Shown one piece after another: positions 11,501-21,411 of a DNA stretch of 64,000 nucleotides (the first letter of the stretch is position 1; each line of letters opens with the position of its first letter). Both the position numbers and the translations under genes were made by a program. This DNA is from Prevotella sp. (GTDB lineage Bacteria; Bacteroidota; Bacteroidia; Bacteroidales; Bacteroidaceae): assembly GCA_015060535.1 (NCBI GenBank), contig SUYH01000009.1, forward strand, positions 85,482 through 149,481, read 5' to 3'. Below the pieces are notes generated by a model, which saw only the letters and a program-made list of their open reading frames with translations, was not told the DNA's origin and ran no database searches.

Positions 11501-11868
11501 ATCTGAGCAGCCATCAGGGTGAGTATGCTGAGGCTTACAGCGTATATTCTCCTTGGGTACACCGCGTAGACTTCAGCTATAAGCACGACTTCAAGCTGAA
11601 CGTAGGTAAGACCAAGCACTGCTTGCAGCTCAGTCTTGACGTGAAGAACGTTCTCAACCTGTTCAACTCGAACTGGGGTGTTGCCAAGTACATGAATGCT
11701 GACCTCAACTCTGGTAAGATTCTGAAGTACGAGGGCGTTGATGCTCAGGGCTATGCTACCTTCTCTACTCCGAAGGCTGTCAGTGGCAATACGGAGACTT
11801 GGACACGTAGCCACACTATCGGACAGTGCTGGTATGCTTCTGTAGGTATCAGGTATATCTTTAACTAA
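8554..11868 (+). CDS. TonB-dependent receptor, Oar-like, with N-terminal carboxypeptidase-regulatory-like domain
   Basis: Signal peptide; AQITTSSMSG; ISLDAIEE..V, NAITKSGTN, YAQDDW and SPRLGFTWD motifs; aromatic C-terminus GIRYIFN. Confidence 0.9.
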   Translation: MRKRILFLVALMLTSTLTIMAQITTSSMSGKVTLEDAKGEEVIGATVVAVHEPSGTRYTAVTNVSGLFTINGMRTGGPYEVTVSYIGYQPKTVKGVTLELAETYNLNIWLSEDANVLTEVVVSGKASKFAAEKTGASTNINNAMIANLPTVNRSLTDVMRLSPYGGNGMSLAGGNGKMTNFTVDGANFNNNFGLTENLPGGGNPISLDAIEEMQVVISPFDVRQTNFIGGGVNAITKSGTNTFKGTAYIYHQNENMRGDAVDREQIASARDRDKTTTYGFTLGGPIIKNKLFFFVSGEMVKSPTVTNRWRASVGGAYDADNYLSRVSVADMDAVSSFVKSKYGYDTGSYTDWSADNDTYKILARLDWNITDRHKLALRYNYTKSRSWKTPSTSVDGGTLPYSRTSLYAMTYANSMYSMDNKVHTFSFDLNSRLTDNLSNQLLVTYSKIDDIRGSNSSDFPFVDILDGDGGNYISLGYELFTWNNAVHNNILNIKDDVTYYLANHTITAGLSYEYQMADNMYMRNGSGYYRYNSIADFFNNAAPSVVCLTYGYDGEQEPASRVTFNQMGLYAQDDWKVTDNFKLTYGMRFDGLFFKNGDLKTNNGILALDYNGRSVDTGTWPKNTVSVSPRLGFTWDIFGDKSLKLRGGSGLFLGRLPLVFFTNMPTNSNMMQFVGKWNASGSSATKADMSQFAGGIKTRTDLYNWVTTHDVDGNVVSNPKQAMGPSTITSEDGTVAGAINGISSDFKMPQVWKTSLAVDYQIPVSFPFTATVEGMFQKTVNGVFMSDWSLRDVGGYARLNGADTRALYQNYKLTYTNAAGKTVNMPNAYVLENTSKGYGWTLNVTLNAQPFEWMSLMAAYTHTVQKELTGMPGSNASSAFSYIPSVDGPNFLNLHNSQFVTPDRVVASATIHDKANNHYSLVYEAWRGGANYSYMLANDMNGDGNQYDLIYIPTDLQVANNEFRFVSEDDKTRFMDFVHNDSYLSSHQGEYAEAYSVYSPWVHRVDFSYKHDFKLNVGKTKHCLQLSLDVKNVLNLFNSNWGVAKYMNADLNSGKILKYEGVDAQGYATFSTPKAVSGNTETWTRSHTIGQCWYASVGIRYIFN

Positions 11869-11888
11869 TAAAATTCAAGGTGAAAGTT

Positions 11889-13433
11889 ATGAAACTGAAA
11901 TATATTATCCCGTCGTTTATTGCGCTTGTCGCAATGCTTGTAGGATGCTCAGAGAAGTATGAGGCCGCCCATCTCAACGACCTCCGCGTCTCTTCTTCAT
12001 ATGTGATTGTTCCTGCTGATGGTCAGTCACCTGCCGAATTTACGGTAAGGGCTGCTGGTAACTGGGAAATTCAAAACATCCCCAACTGGTTGACCGTTAC
12101 CCCTCAGGCAGGTAGTGCCGGCGAGACTAAGGTTACGCTTTCTGCTCCTGCCACCACTGGCGCACTGAGCACCGTGCTGAAGATTGTCAGCGGCTCTTAT
12201 GTTCAGGAGGTCAATGTCCAGCAGGGCAAGGTTGTTGCCGAGACGGCCACCTGTAAGCAGATTATTGATGGCAATGATGGTAAGACATTCCGCGTTCGCG
12301 CTGCTATTACCCAGATTGCCAATACTCACTATGGCAATATGTACATCGATGATGGTACAGGTACTGTTTACATTTACGGTACTAATGACAAGGACGGTAA
12401 GGCTGCCAACGATCCTATCGCAAGTTGGGGTCTTGAGCTGGGCGATATTGTCACTGTAGAAGGTCCCAAGACCACTTACAACGGTACCGTTGAGCTGGTT
12501 AACGTGACAGTGCTGAAGGTTGAGAAGTCACTTGTCAAGGTGCTGGAGCCTGAGACAGCTCCTGTCATCAAGAAAGAGGGTGGTGAGCTCACCGTTAAGC
12601 TGTCCTTCAAGGGTGCTCTCGTTCCCACCGTTCCTGATGCATATGACTGGATTCGCTATAAGACCATGTCTATCACCAAGGGTACTGTCACCGCTGTTGA
12701 TCCTAATCCTGCCGATACTGCTACCGTTAAGTTTGCTATTGACGAGAATGCAGCAGGTGCTCGTAAGGGTGCTGTCAGCTTCGCTGCCACCCAGGGTTCA
12801 CAGAGCTCATCCGTAACCTTCGAGTTCTCGCAGGAAGGTGCCATCACCGAGTGTCCTATTGCCGACTTCCTGGCAGCCGAGGTGGGTACTGCTCAGTATC
12901 GTTTGACAGGTATCATTACCAATGTGGCTAAGGCTGCTTATGGCAATGTTTATATTGCAGACTACTCAGGCGAGGTTTACGTTTATGGCATCGGTGCCAA
13001 GGGCGACTTCGAGAAGCTGGGTCTGAAGGAGGGCGACATTGTTACGCTGCTTGGTAATCGTGGAGAGTATAAGGGCACAGCTCAGATGACTGGTGGTCAG
13101 TATGAGTCGTCTATCTCTGTCACCGAGGTAACCATTGATGAGTTCTTGACCAAGGAGGATGCTAAGGATGTTTACTACAAGGTGACCGGTACGGTCGACG
13201 AGATTGCTAATGCTACCTACGGCAACCTCTATCTGAAGAGCGGCGACACCCGTCTCTACGTCTATGGCACGTATCCCGGCTGGGGCGCTACTGGCGATGC
13301 TCGTAAGGATTGCCTGGCTAATAAGGACATAGCCGTAGGCGACGAGCTGACCGTGATTGGTGTGAAGTCTACCTATAAGGGCACTCCACAGGTCAATGGC
13401 GGTATCTACTTCTCGCATAAGAAGGCCAACTAA
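11889..13433 (+). CDS. surface lipoprotein with BACON domains and three OB-fold-like repeats
   Basis: Lipobox LVGC; BACON-like WLTVTP..G; three repeats of YGN(M/V/L)Y(I/L)...(V/L)Y(I/V)YG...GD.(V/L)T..G....Y.GT. Confidence 0.75.
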   Translation: MKLKYIIPSFIALVAMLVGCSEKYEAAHLNDLRVSSSYVIVPADGQSPAEFTVRAAGNWEIQNIPNWLTVTPQAGSAGETKVTLSAPATTGALSTVLKIVSGSYVQEVNVQQGKVVAETATCKQIIDGNDGKTFRVRAAITQIANTHYGNMYIDDGTGTVYIYGTNDKDGKAANDPIASWGLELGDIVTVEGPKTTYNGTVELVNVTVLKVEKSLVKVLEPETAPVIKKEGGELTVKLSFKGALVPTVPDAYDWIRYKTMSITKGTVTAVDPNPADTATVKFAIDENAAGARKGAVSFAATQGSQSSSVTFEFSQEGAITECPIADFLAAEVGTAQYRLTGIITNVAKAAYGNVYIADYSGEVYVYGIGAKGDFEKLGLKEGDIVTLLGNRGEYKGTAQMTGGQYESSISVTEVTIDEFLTKEDAKDVYYKVTGTVDEIANATYGNLYLKSGDTRLYVYGTYPGWGATGDARKDCLANKDIAVGDELTVIGVKSTYKGTPQVNGGIYFSHKKAN

Positions 13434-13459
13434 GCGTTTTATCGGAATACTATAATATG

Positions 13460-13492
13460 AAAGAGGTTGCCCATTTCGGGTGACCTCTTTTA
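13460..13492 (+). terminator. intrinsic terminator
   Basis: aaagaggttgccc-atttc-gggtgacctcttt hairpin ending in a T-run. Confidence 0.75.
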
Positions 13493-13510
13493 TGTTACCC
13501 CTTCCGCACC

Positions 13511-13669
13511 TTTACCCTAACACTAAATGGTCTCTACCCTAATAGTAGAGGGTGTTTAGTATTAGGGTAAATCATCTGAATACTCCGAAAGTAATGATCA
13601 ATACTCCGAAAGTATTTTTCAATACTCTTGGAGAAAATTCCAATACTCACGGAGTATTGCAGAATAACC
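13511..13669. repeat. 61-bp hairpin followed by a 21-bp-period degenerate tandem repeat
   Basis: tttaccctaacactaaa...tttagtattagggtaaa (13511-13571); aatactc recurs at 13579, 13600, 13621 and 13642. Confidence 0.7.
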
Positions 13670-13816
13670 CAAGGTTATTAGTCGTGCCTTACTGGACTGC
13701 AGTACTCAATCGGAATAATTTTTGTTGTGCATTATGTTGTTTCAAAATTAATTCGTATCTTTGCATCACCAATGATGACTCTATTTTATAGAATAACATA
13801 ACATTAATTTGGATTC

Positions 13817-14638
13817 ATGAAAAAGCTATATGTAATTATTGTTGTCTGTGTGGTGTGTCACCTTCTGCCTGCCCGTGCCCAGCAGCAGTATTATCCTGAC
13901 GGCACGAGGTGGGGAAGAGTTTGGGTCAATCGCAGAGGTTTTATAAATATAGACAGCACTTATACTGTGCATTATTCCGAGAAAAGTAACAGTACCATGT
14001 ATTCAGAATATGTTGTTGAAGGCACGACCGTCGTCCCTATGTCGGAAACGGAGAGCGTAACCTGCCAAGTGGCAAACAGGTATGATTACAATTTCAACAA
14101 CGAACTGATCAATAAAGGTTATGTGCTCTTCCGTCAGTCGGGCGACAGTGTTTTTGTGTATGACAAATTCAACAACAACTCACCATATTATACAGAGCAG
14201 CTCCACTATACATTTTGTCCGTGGAATATCGGAGATACGGTTGTGACATGCTATCTGTCGAAATCTATTGTTACGGCTGAAAGATTGGAACACCGGAAGC
14301 TGGCCGATGGTAATGAATACGACTATCTTAACTACAGTTTCCGCACCATTGGCAGAGTTTTCAATGGGATATTGCCCTCAAGTGGATTTGCAAGATCACC
14401 AACTTTTATTGCCGTCACCCATTTCATCCGCAACAACACGCTGATTTACCAGAACAACAATCTGATCTGGCCCGAAGGCTATACGACGCAGATTCACCAT
14501 CCCTTCAACGACTTCACTGCTGAGGGACGGCCCGTCTACTCGTTACAGGGCCTCGTTGTAGGCAATAGCCGGAATCTGGATGCGCTGCCACGTGGCATCT
14601 ACATCGTGAACGGGAAGAAAATATACGTTGGTCGGTAA
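13817..14638 (+). CDS. secreted hypothetical protein with Prevotella-type T9SS C-terminal domain
   Basis: Signal peptide; ends VYSLQG...LPRGIYIVNGKKIYV; tatctttg promoter at 13756-13763. Confidence 0.7.
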   Translation: MKKLYVIIVVCVVCHLLPARAQQQYYPDGTRWGRVWVNRRGFINIDSTYTVHYSEKSNSTMYSEYVVEGTTVVPMSETESVTCQVANRYDYNFNNELINKGYVLFRQSGDSVFVYDKFNNNSPYYTEQLHYTFCPWNIGDTVVTCYLSKSIVTAERLEHRKLADGNEYDYLNYSFRTIGRVFNGILPSSGFARSPTFIAVTHFIRNNTLIYQNNNLIWPEGYTTQIHHPFNDFTAEGRPVYSLQGLVVGNSRNLDALPRGIYIVNGKKIYVGR

Positions 14639-14686
14639 TGTTAACAGCCCTCTGAAAGTAAAAAGCAGAAGAAAAATCCGTTTTTC

Positions 14687-14793
14687 TTTGGCTTTTCACC
14701 CACTTATTCGTACCTTTAAACTACGTTTTTAGGTACTTGCGGTCGGAAAAGCTCAAATTAATTTGGCTTTTCACTCACTTATTCGTACCTTTG
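14687..14793 (+). promoter_or_regulatory. tandem-duplicated Bacteroidota promoter element
   Basis: tttggcttttcac(c/t)cacttattcgtaccttt at 14687-14717 and 14762-14792; the second copy ends TACCTTTG (-7 box) with TTTG upstream. Confidence 0.65.
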
Positions 14794-14831
14794 CAAGCAA
14801 ATTGTAATCCAATATTAACTATTAAAAGACA

Positions 14832-17657
14832 ATGAAATTAAGAAAACTACTCGTGGTCATGCTGACGATAGTTGGCGCCACAACCGTGATGGCTCAGCCT
14901 ATGCAGCTGCCACCAATCCCCGTTGACCCTGCCGTTCGTATCGGTAAACTGGACAACGGTCTGACGTATTACATCCGTCATAACGGGTATCCTGAGCATG
15001 TGGCAAACTTCTATATCGCTCAGCGTGTGGGTGCTATTCAGGAGGAGGAGTCGCAGCGCGGTTTGGCTCACTTCCTGGAGCATATGGCCTTCAACGGCTC
15101 TGAGCACTTCAAGGGCAATGGCATTATCGAGTTCACCCGTTCGCTGGGTGTTGAGTTCGGTAGCGACCTGAATGCTTACACTTCGATTGACCAGACGGTT
15201 TATCGCGTGTGCAACGTGCCCACCAAGCGTGCAACGGCTCTGGACTCTTGTCTGCTGATCCTGAAGGATTGGTCGAACGGTCTGTCGCTGGAAGCTGACG
15301 AGATAGACAAGGAGCGCGACGTGGTTCATAACGAGTGGCGTCTGGGTGAAGGTCCTACGCAGCGTATGATTCAGCGTGCTCTGCCTAAGATGTATCCTGA
15401 CTCTAAGTATGGTGTGCGTCTGCCTATCGGTTTGATGAGCGTTATCGACTCGTTCAAGCCCCAGACGCTGAAGGCTTACTACCAGAAGTGGTATCGTCCT
15501 GACAATCAGGCTATCATCGTAGTAGGTGACGTTGACGTAGACCACATGGAGGCTAAGATTAAGGAGCTGTTCGGTGGCATCAAGGTGCCTGCTAATGCGC
15601 CCAAGGTGGTTGCTGAAGCCGTGCCTGACAACAAGGAGGCTATCTATATCTTCGAGAAGGATAAGGAGATGCAGATGAACTACATCTTCATGTGTATGAA
15701 GCATGATGCCACCCCCGAGGCTGAGAAGTCGAGCATGGCCTATCTGATTCAGGACTATGCCGTTAGCGTCATCTCTAGAATGTTTAGCCAGCGTCTGTCG
15801 GAGATGACACAGGAGGCTAGCTGTCCTTTCCTGCAGGCTTCTGCTGATGATGGCCAGTACTGGCTGTCGAAGACAAAGGATTGCTTCGAGTTGTTTGCAG
15901 CCCCCAAGGAGGGTAAGGACATGGAGGCTTTGCAGGTGCTTTACCGCGAGGCTAAGCGTGTGCGTGAGTTCGGATTCACCGCTACGGAGTATGAGCGCGC
16001 CAAGGCAGACTATCTGAGTGGTCTGGAGAAGCGCTATACCAACCGCGACAAGCGTAAGAACGACGAGTTCGGTAATGCCTATCGCGACCACTATCTGACC
16101 AACGAGCCCATCCCACCATTGGACGTGCTCTACCAGACCATGCAGCAGATTGCTCCGAACATTCCCGTACAGGCTATCAACCAGATGCTGCCCGAGCTGA
16201 TCAGTGTGACGGATAGCAACCTCGTCGTGATGATCATGGCTCAGGAGAAAGAGGGTAAGGTTTATCCTACAGAGCAGGATATGGCTGCTGCCATCGCTGC
16301 TGCACGTGCCGAGAAACTGGAGGCATACGTGGACAATGTGAAGCAGGAACCGCTGCTCGACGTAGCTACTATTAAGAAAGGTAAGATTAAGAAGGAGACC
16401 GAGAATACACAGTTCGGTTACAAGGAGCTGCAGCTCTCAAATGGTGCTACCGTTATCCTGAAGAAGACTGACTTCAAGGACGATGAGGTGCAGATGGAGG
16501 CCTTCTCTAAGGGTGGTAAGTCGCTCTATGGCGCAGCTGACTATACCAACCTGAAGGTGTTCGACCAGGTGATTGGCATCAGTGGACTGGGCAATTTCTC
16601 CAGCACAGAGCTGCAGAAGGCACTGGCTGGTAAGGAGTGTAATGCTGACCTATCGCTGGCCAACACACGCCAGTATATGACTGCACACTCTACTCCGAAG
16701 GACATCGAGACCATGATGCAGATGGTATACCTCTACTTCACCAACGTGAAGAAAGATGAGAAGCAGTTCCAGAACCTGATGACTCAGCTCGATATGGCGC
16801 TGAAGAACAAGTCGCTGTCACCTGATGCTGTGTTTGCCGACTCAGTGGCTGCTACGACCTATGGACACAATCCACGCTTCAACAATCCTCAGGTAGAGGA
16901 CATCAAGGATATCAACTACGACCGCATCCTGCAGATTGCCAAGGAGCGCTACCAGAATGCTGGACAGTTCACCTTCGTCATCAGCGGTAACTTCGACGAG
17001 CAGACCATCCGTCCGCTCATTGAGCAGTATATCGCTTCGCTGCCCGCTACCAAGAAGAAGGCCGAGGACTTCAAGGAGGTGATGACCTTTGCCAAGGGTG
17101 AGGTTGTTAATCAGTTCAAGGTAAAGACCGAGTCGCCAAAGGCTACCGCTCGCGAGATGTGGTATGCTGAGATGCCTTACACGCTGGAGAACAACGTGAA
17201 GATTGACGCTGTCGGACAGATTCTCTCTATGATCTATCTGAAGACCATCCGTGAGGACGAGAGCGCTGCTTATTCTTGTGGTGCTGCCGGTTACTTCTCG
17301 ACAGGTTCTAAGCAGCCTAAGGCTATGCTGCAGGCTTACTGCCCGATGAATCCCGACAAGGCCGAGCTGGCTGTACGCTTGCTGCACGAGGGTATTCAGA
17401 ACATGCAGAAGAAGGTGGATGCCGACCAGCTGCAGAAGGTGAAGGACTACATGCTGAAGCAGGCTGACATCGAGGCTAAGAAGAATAACTACTGGATCAA
17501 CACCATCACCACCTATAAGGAGTATGGACTCGACTTCCATACCGACTATAAGAAGACCGTTGAGGCTCTGACCGTTGACTCGGTTCGCGACTTCCTGAAC
17601 AACTTCTTGAAGGCTGGCAATCACATCGAGGTGATCATGACTCCGGAGGCGAAGTAA
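14832..17657 (+). CDS. M16 family zinc metallopeptidase (PqqL/pitrilysin-like)
   Basis: GLAHFLEHMAFNGS (HxxEH), GKLDNGLTYYIR, YQKWYRPDN; 941 aa with signal peptide. Confidence 0.92.
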   Translation: MKLRKLLVVMLTIVGATTVMAQPMQLPPIPVDPAVRIGKLDNGLTYYIRHNGYPEHVANFYIAQRVGAIQEEESQRGLAHFLEHMAFNGSEHFKGNGIIEFTRSLGVEFGSDLNAYTSIDQTVYRVCNVPTKRATALDSCLLILKDWSNGLSLEADEIDKERDVVHNEWRLGEGPTQRMIQRALPKMYPDSKYGVRLPIGLMSVIDSFKPQTLKAYYQKWYRPDNQAIIVVGDVDVDHMEAKIKELFGGIKVPANAPKVVAEAVPDNKEAIYIFEKDKEMQMNYIFMCMKHDATPEAEKSSMAYLIQDYAVSVISRMFSQRLSEMTQEASCPFLQASADDGQYWLSKTKDCFELFAAPKEGKDMEALQVLYREAKRVREFGFTATEYERAKADYLSGLEKRYTNRDKRKNDEFGNAYRDHYLTNEPIPPLDVLYQTMQQIAPNIPVQAINQMLPELISVTDSNLVVMIMAQEKEGKVYPTEQDMAAAIAAARAEKLEAYVDNVKQEPLLDVATIKKGKIKKETENTQFGYKELQLSNGATVILKKTDFKDDEVQMEAFSKGGKSLYGAADYTNLKVFDQVIGISGLGNFSSTELQKALAGKECNADLSLANTRQYMTAHSTPKDIETMMQMVYLYFTNVKKDEKQFQNLMTQLDMALKNKSLSPDAVFADSVAATTYGHNPRFNNPQVEDIKDINYDRILQIAKERYQNAGQFTFVISGNFDEQTIRPLIEQYIASLPATKKKAEDFKEVMTFAKGEVVNQFKVKTESPKATAREMWYAEMPYTLENNVKIDAVGQILSMIYLKTIREDESAAYSCGAAGYFSTGSKQPKAMLQAYCPMNPDKAELAVRLLHEGIQNMQKKVDADQLQKVKDYMLKQADIEAKKNNYWINTITTYKEYGLDFHTDYKKTVEALTVDSVRDFLNNFLKAGNHIEVIMTPEAK

Positions 17658-17691
17658 GTTTAAAGTTTAGAGTTTAAAGTTTAGAGTTTAG
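17657..17691 (+). repeat. heptamer tandem repeat (agtttag/agtttaa) x5
   Basis: Fills the whole intergenic gap between the M16 peptidase stop and the metK start. Confidence 0.8.
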
Positions 17692-17692
17692 A

Positions 17693-18952
17693 GTGAGTTA
17701 TTTATTTTCATCAGAATCAGTATCAGAGGGACATCCCGATAAGGTGGCCGATCAGATCAGTGACGCGCTGGTAGACCAGTTTCTGGCCTACGACCCTCAG
17801 GCTCGTTGCGCCATTGAGACCTTCGTCACTACCGGTCAGGTGGTCATCATGGGCGAGGTGAGAAGCGAGGCCTATATCGACCTGCAGACCATTGCGCGCA
17901 ATACCATCAAGAAGATCGGCTATACCAAAGCAGAATACCAGTTCGACGGCAACTCATGCGGTATCCTCACGGCTATCCACGAACAGAGCGAAGACATCAA
18001 TCGCGGTGTGGATAACGGCAATGAGGAGGAGCAGGGTGCCGGCGACCAGGGTATGATGTTCGGCTATGCCACCAACGAGACGGAGAACCTGATGCCTGTA
18101 TCGCTCGATCTGGCTCATCTGATTATGCGTACCTTGGCTGAGATTCGCAAAGAGGGTAGGGAGATGACCTATCTGCGTCCCGACTCGAAGAGTCAGGTGA
18201 CCATCCAGTACAGCGATGCTGGTATCCCTGAGCGTATCGACACCATTGTCGTTTCAACCCAGCATGATGAGTTTGACAGCGATGATGAGCGTATGCTGGC
18301 TAAGATTCGTGAGGATGTCATCAATATCCTGATACCGCGTGTTAAATCGAAGATCCATTCTCAGAAGGTACTCGCCCTCTTTGGCGATGACATTAAATAC
18401 TATGTCAACCCGACGGGTAAGTTCGTCATTGGCGGACCTCATGGAGATACGGGGTTGACGGGTCGTAAGATTATTGTCGATACCTACGGAGGCAAAGGAG
18501 CCCACGGCGGTGGCGCTTTCTCCGGAAAGGACTCCTCGAAGGTTGACCGCTCGGCGGCCTATGCTGCCCGTCATATCGCCAAGAATATGGTGGCAGCGGG
18601 TGTGGCTGACGAGATGCTGGTGCAGGTGAGCTACGCCATCGGTGTGGCTAAACCCATGAATATCTACGTCAACACCTATGGCCGATCGCATGTCAACATG
18701 ACTGATGGTGAGATAGCCAAGAGGATAGAGAAACTGTTTGACCTGCGTCCAAAGGCTATTGAGCGCACACTGAAACTACGCCAGCCCATGTATGTGGAGA
18801 CTGCGGCCTATGGTCACATGGGACGTCGGTCGGAGGTGGTGAAGAAGACATTCACCAGCCGATACCACGAAACGAAGGAGATAGAGATAGAGCTCTTCAC
18901 GTGGGAAAAACTGGACCGTGTAGACGATATTAAACGCGAATTCACTCTGTAG
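17693..18952 (+). CDS. metK: S-adenosylmethionine synthetase
   Basis: [41 protein letters not shown]; GTG start. Confidence 0.97.
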   Translation: MSYLFSSESVSEGHPDKVADQISDALVDQFLAYDPQARCAIETFVTTGQVVIMGEVRSEAYIDLQTIARNTIKKIGYTKAEYQFDGNSCGILTAIHEQSEDINRGVDNGNEEEQGAGDQGMMFGYATNETENLMPVSLDLAHLIMRTLAEIRKEGREMTYLRPDSKSQVTIQYSDAGIPERIDTIVVSTQHDEFDSDDERMLAKIREDVINILIPRVKSKIHSQKVLALFGDDIKYYVNPTGKFVIGGPHGDTGLTGRKIIVDTYGGKGAHGGGAFSGKDSSKVDRSAAYAARHIAKNMVAAGVADEMLVQVSYAIGVAKPMNIYVNTYGRSHVNMTDGEIAKRIEKLFDLRPKAIERTLKLRQPMYVETAAYGHMGRRSEVVKKTFTSRYHETKEIEIELFTWEKLDRVDDIKREFTL

Positions 18953-18956
18953 GACA

Positions 18957-19970
18957 TTGATACAGCAGGATAGCATACAGCAAACATATCAGACGGTGGG
19001 GGGCGACACAGCAGTTGCCGTCCACCGTCCGTTAACTCCGGCACAGGTGTTGAGCTGGTTGCCGCGTAGTGCTACCCCTGCACAACAGGATTCTGCCATA
19101 CAGGCACACTTCAAACCCTCTGAGATTCGCTGGAGCAATCGCCCGGATACGCTTCATCTGCCTGGTCACGATCGTGGACACAATATGCTGGATGTGAATA
19201 TCCCGCAGTATTATCGTGAGGGCTTCTTTTCCAAGGACACGCTGTTTCATCCCGAACTGCCAGGCGGACGCTATGGTGTGGCTGGCGACCCAAGACCTTA
19301 TACTGTACATGCAGACAATGTGCTGACGGGTATGCTGCTGTCCAGCTTCCTGCTGGCCGTAGTGGCTTTCGTCTTTGTCAAGGATTTTATGTTGCGACAC
19401 CTCAAATCCTTGGTGTATGGCAATAGAGCGGTCAATGAGCAAAAGGACACGGGTTTGGAATTGCAGTTTGAGATCTTCCTGAACTTGCTAGCTGCCCTGC
19501 TGTTGTCGTTGCTCTACTATTTCTATACGCTCCACTATATCGGTGAGACATTTATTCTAAGCTCGCAATATTATCTCATCGGCATCAACTTCCTCATTTT
19601 CGTGGCGTATTATCTGCTTAGGATGTTGTTGTATACGATGGTGAATAATGTGTTCTTTGATGGTAAAAAGAATGGACAGTGGATTCATGTCTTGCTTTTT
19701 ATTGCATGCGTAGAGTGTGTCTTGTTCTTCCCTATCGCCATGATGGTGTCTTATTCGAATATTTCGGTGGAAAATATCGAGTTTTATTTCGTTTTAGCCT
19801 TAGGTTTTGTTAAATTACTGACGATTTATCAGTGTTACAACATCTTTTTTCGAACAAATGTCGTTAAATTGCAGATTATTTTGTACTTTTGTGCGCTTGA
19901 AATAGTGCCATTGCTCATTTTATGGGGCGTTTTGGACTTAACGGCAAATAGTTTGAAAATAAATTTTTAG
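18957..19970 (+). CDS. DUF4271-like membrane protein
   Basis: Multi-TM C-terminal half ending ILYFCALEIVP; position upstream of hemD as expected in Bacteroidales. Confidence 0.75.
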   Translation: MIQQDSIQQTYQTVGGDTAVAVHRPLTPAQVLSWLPRSATPAQQDSAIQAHFKPSEIRWSNRPDTLHLPGHDRGHNMLDVNIPQYYREGFFSKDTLFHPELPGGRYGVAGDPRPYTVHADNVLTGMLLSSFLLAVVAFVFVKDFMLRHLKSLVYGNRAVNEQKDTGLELQFEIFLNLLAALLLSLLYYFYTLHYIGETFILSSQYYLIGINFLIFVAYYLLRMLLYTMVNNVFFDGKKNGQWIHVLLFIACVECVLFFPIAMMVSYSNISVENIEFYFVLALGFVKLLTIYQCYNIFFRTNVVKLQIILYFCALEIVPLLILWGVLDLTANSLKINF

Positions 19971-19977
19971 GACATCA

Positions 19978-20727
19978 ATGATAAAGAAAATTCTGGTTTC
20001 TCAACCTAAACCTTCCAGTGAGAAGTCACCTTATTACGATATCGCATCGAAGTTTGGTGTAGAGTTAGTGTTCCGCCCTTTTATTAAGGTAGAGGGAATC
20101 ACAGCCAAGGAGTTTCGTGCACAGAAGGTCGCCATTCTCGACTATACTGCTGTTGTTTTCACTTCGCGTCATGCCATTGACAACTATTTCACGTTGGCAA
20201 AAGAGATGCGTATCACCATTCCCGAGGACATGAAGTATTTTTGTGTGACGGAGACGATATCGCTCTATATTCAGAAGTATGTCCAGTATCGTAAACGTAA
20301 GGTGTTCTTTGGCACTACGGGAAAGATCGACGATCTCATCCCCACGATGGTGAAACATAAGCAGGAGAAATATCTGGTGCCCATGAGCGATGTCCATAAT
20401 GACAGCGTGACGAATATGCTGAATGCCAAGAAACTGCAGCACCGTGAGTGTGTCATGTATCGTACCGTCAGCAATGACTTCACCCCAGAAGAGGTTAAAA
20501 CCTTCGACTACGATATGTTGGTGTTCTTTAGCCCTTCGGGTATTGAGTCTCTCACTAAGAACTTCCCTAACTTCAATCAGGGCGAGGTAGCTATCGCTAC
20601 GTTCGGTCCGACAACAGCTAAGGCTGCCAAGGACGCAGGATTGCGCGTAGACCTCGAGGCCCCTTCTGAAAAATATCCTTCGATGACGGGTGCCTTGAAC
20701 CACTATCTGCTCGAAAAACAAGGATAA
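19978..20727 (+). CDS. hemD: uroporphyrinogen-III synthase family protein
   Basis: IKKILVSQPKP, FRPFIKVEG, VFTSRHAID, FFSPSGI. Confidence 0.88.
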   Translation: MIKKILVSQPKPSSEKSPYYDIASKFGVELVFRPFIKVEGITAKEFRAQKVAILDYTAVVFTSRHAIDNYFTLAKEMRITIPEDMKYFCVTETISLYIQKYVQYRKRKVFFGTTGKIDDLIPTMVKHKQEKYLVPMSDVHNDSVTNMLNAKKLQHRECVMYRTVSNDFTPEEVKTFDYDMLVFFSPSGIESLTKNFPNFNQGEVAIATFGPTTAKAAKDAGLRVDLEAPSEKYPSMTGALNHYLLEKQG

Positions 20728-20730
20728 AAG

Positions 20731-21126
20731 ATGTTCGGCAACGGGCGTTCAACGTTTCCCAAGTCGGAGCGTATGGTCAGCAGATTGCTGATGGAGTCGC
20801 TCTTCGGTGGTCGAAACAGCCATTCGGTGGTGAATTTCCCGTTGAGAATTGTCTATACAACCAGAGAGCGGCAACTGCAGGAAGCACCCATACAGATTTT
20901 GGTCAGTGTCTCGAAAAAGCACTTTAAGCATGCCGTTGACCGCAATCGGGTGAAACGCCAGATTCGCGAGGCCTATCGTTGTAACCGCCAAGTGATAACA
21001 GAGGCCTTGCCGGAGGGCAAACAGTTGCTGATGGCCTGTGTGTGGCTGTCGGATGAGCATTGTCCCTCAGCAGAGATAGAGCATAAGATGGTGTCACTCT
21101 TGCGACGAGTGGGTGAGAAGCTATGA
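20731..21126 (+). CDS. rnpA: ribonuclease P protein component
   Basis: FPKSER; [24 protein letters not shown] (RNR motif). Confidence 0.93.
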   Translation: MFGNGRSTFPKSERMVSRLLMESLFGGRNSHSVVNFPLRIVYTTRERQLQEAPIQILVSVSKKHFKHAVDRNRVKRQIREAYRCNRQVITEALPEGKQLLMACVWLSDEHCPSAEIEHKMVSLLRRVGEKL

Positions 21127-21365
21127 AGCAGTTGATACAATGCCTGTCGAAAGCTATCGTATGGCTGCTCGTCTTGCCGATACGCTTTTATCAGTTGGCC
21201 ATCTCGCCGTTGCTCGGTCCTTCGTGTCGCTTCACACCCACGTGCAGCGAATACGCCAAGCAGGCACTCATCAAACACGGACCCATCAAGGGAATGTATC
21301 TGGCTATCTGGCGCATCTTAAGATGTAATCCGTGGGGTGGGTCGGGTTATGACCCAGTGCCCTAA
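21123..21365 (+). CDS. yidD: membrane protein insertion efficiency factor
   Basis: [22 protein letters not shown]...[17 protein letters not shown]. Confidence 0.95.
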   Translation: MKQLIQCLSKAIVWLLVLPIRFYQLAISPLLGPSCRFTPTCSEYAKQALIKHGPIKGMYLAIWRILRCNPWGGSGYDPVP

Positions 21366-21411
21366 AAACTAGAAATACTAGTAATACTAGAAAATACTAG
21401 AATATTAAAAT

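Noticed and set aside
13552-13791. 79-aa ORF with NTPKV repeats
   Set aside because: Simply the translation of the 21-bp DNA repeat; it overlaps the next gene's promoter.
14847-17624. Long antisense ORFs in the M16 peptidase
   Set aside because: Codon-bias shadows of a conserved gene.
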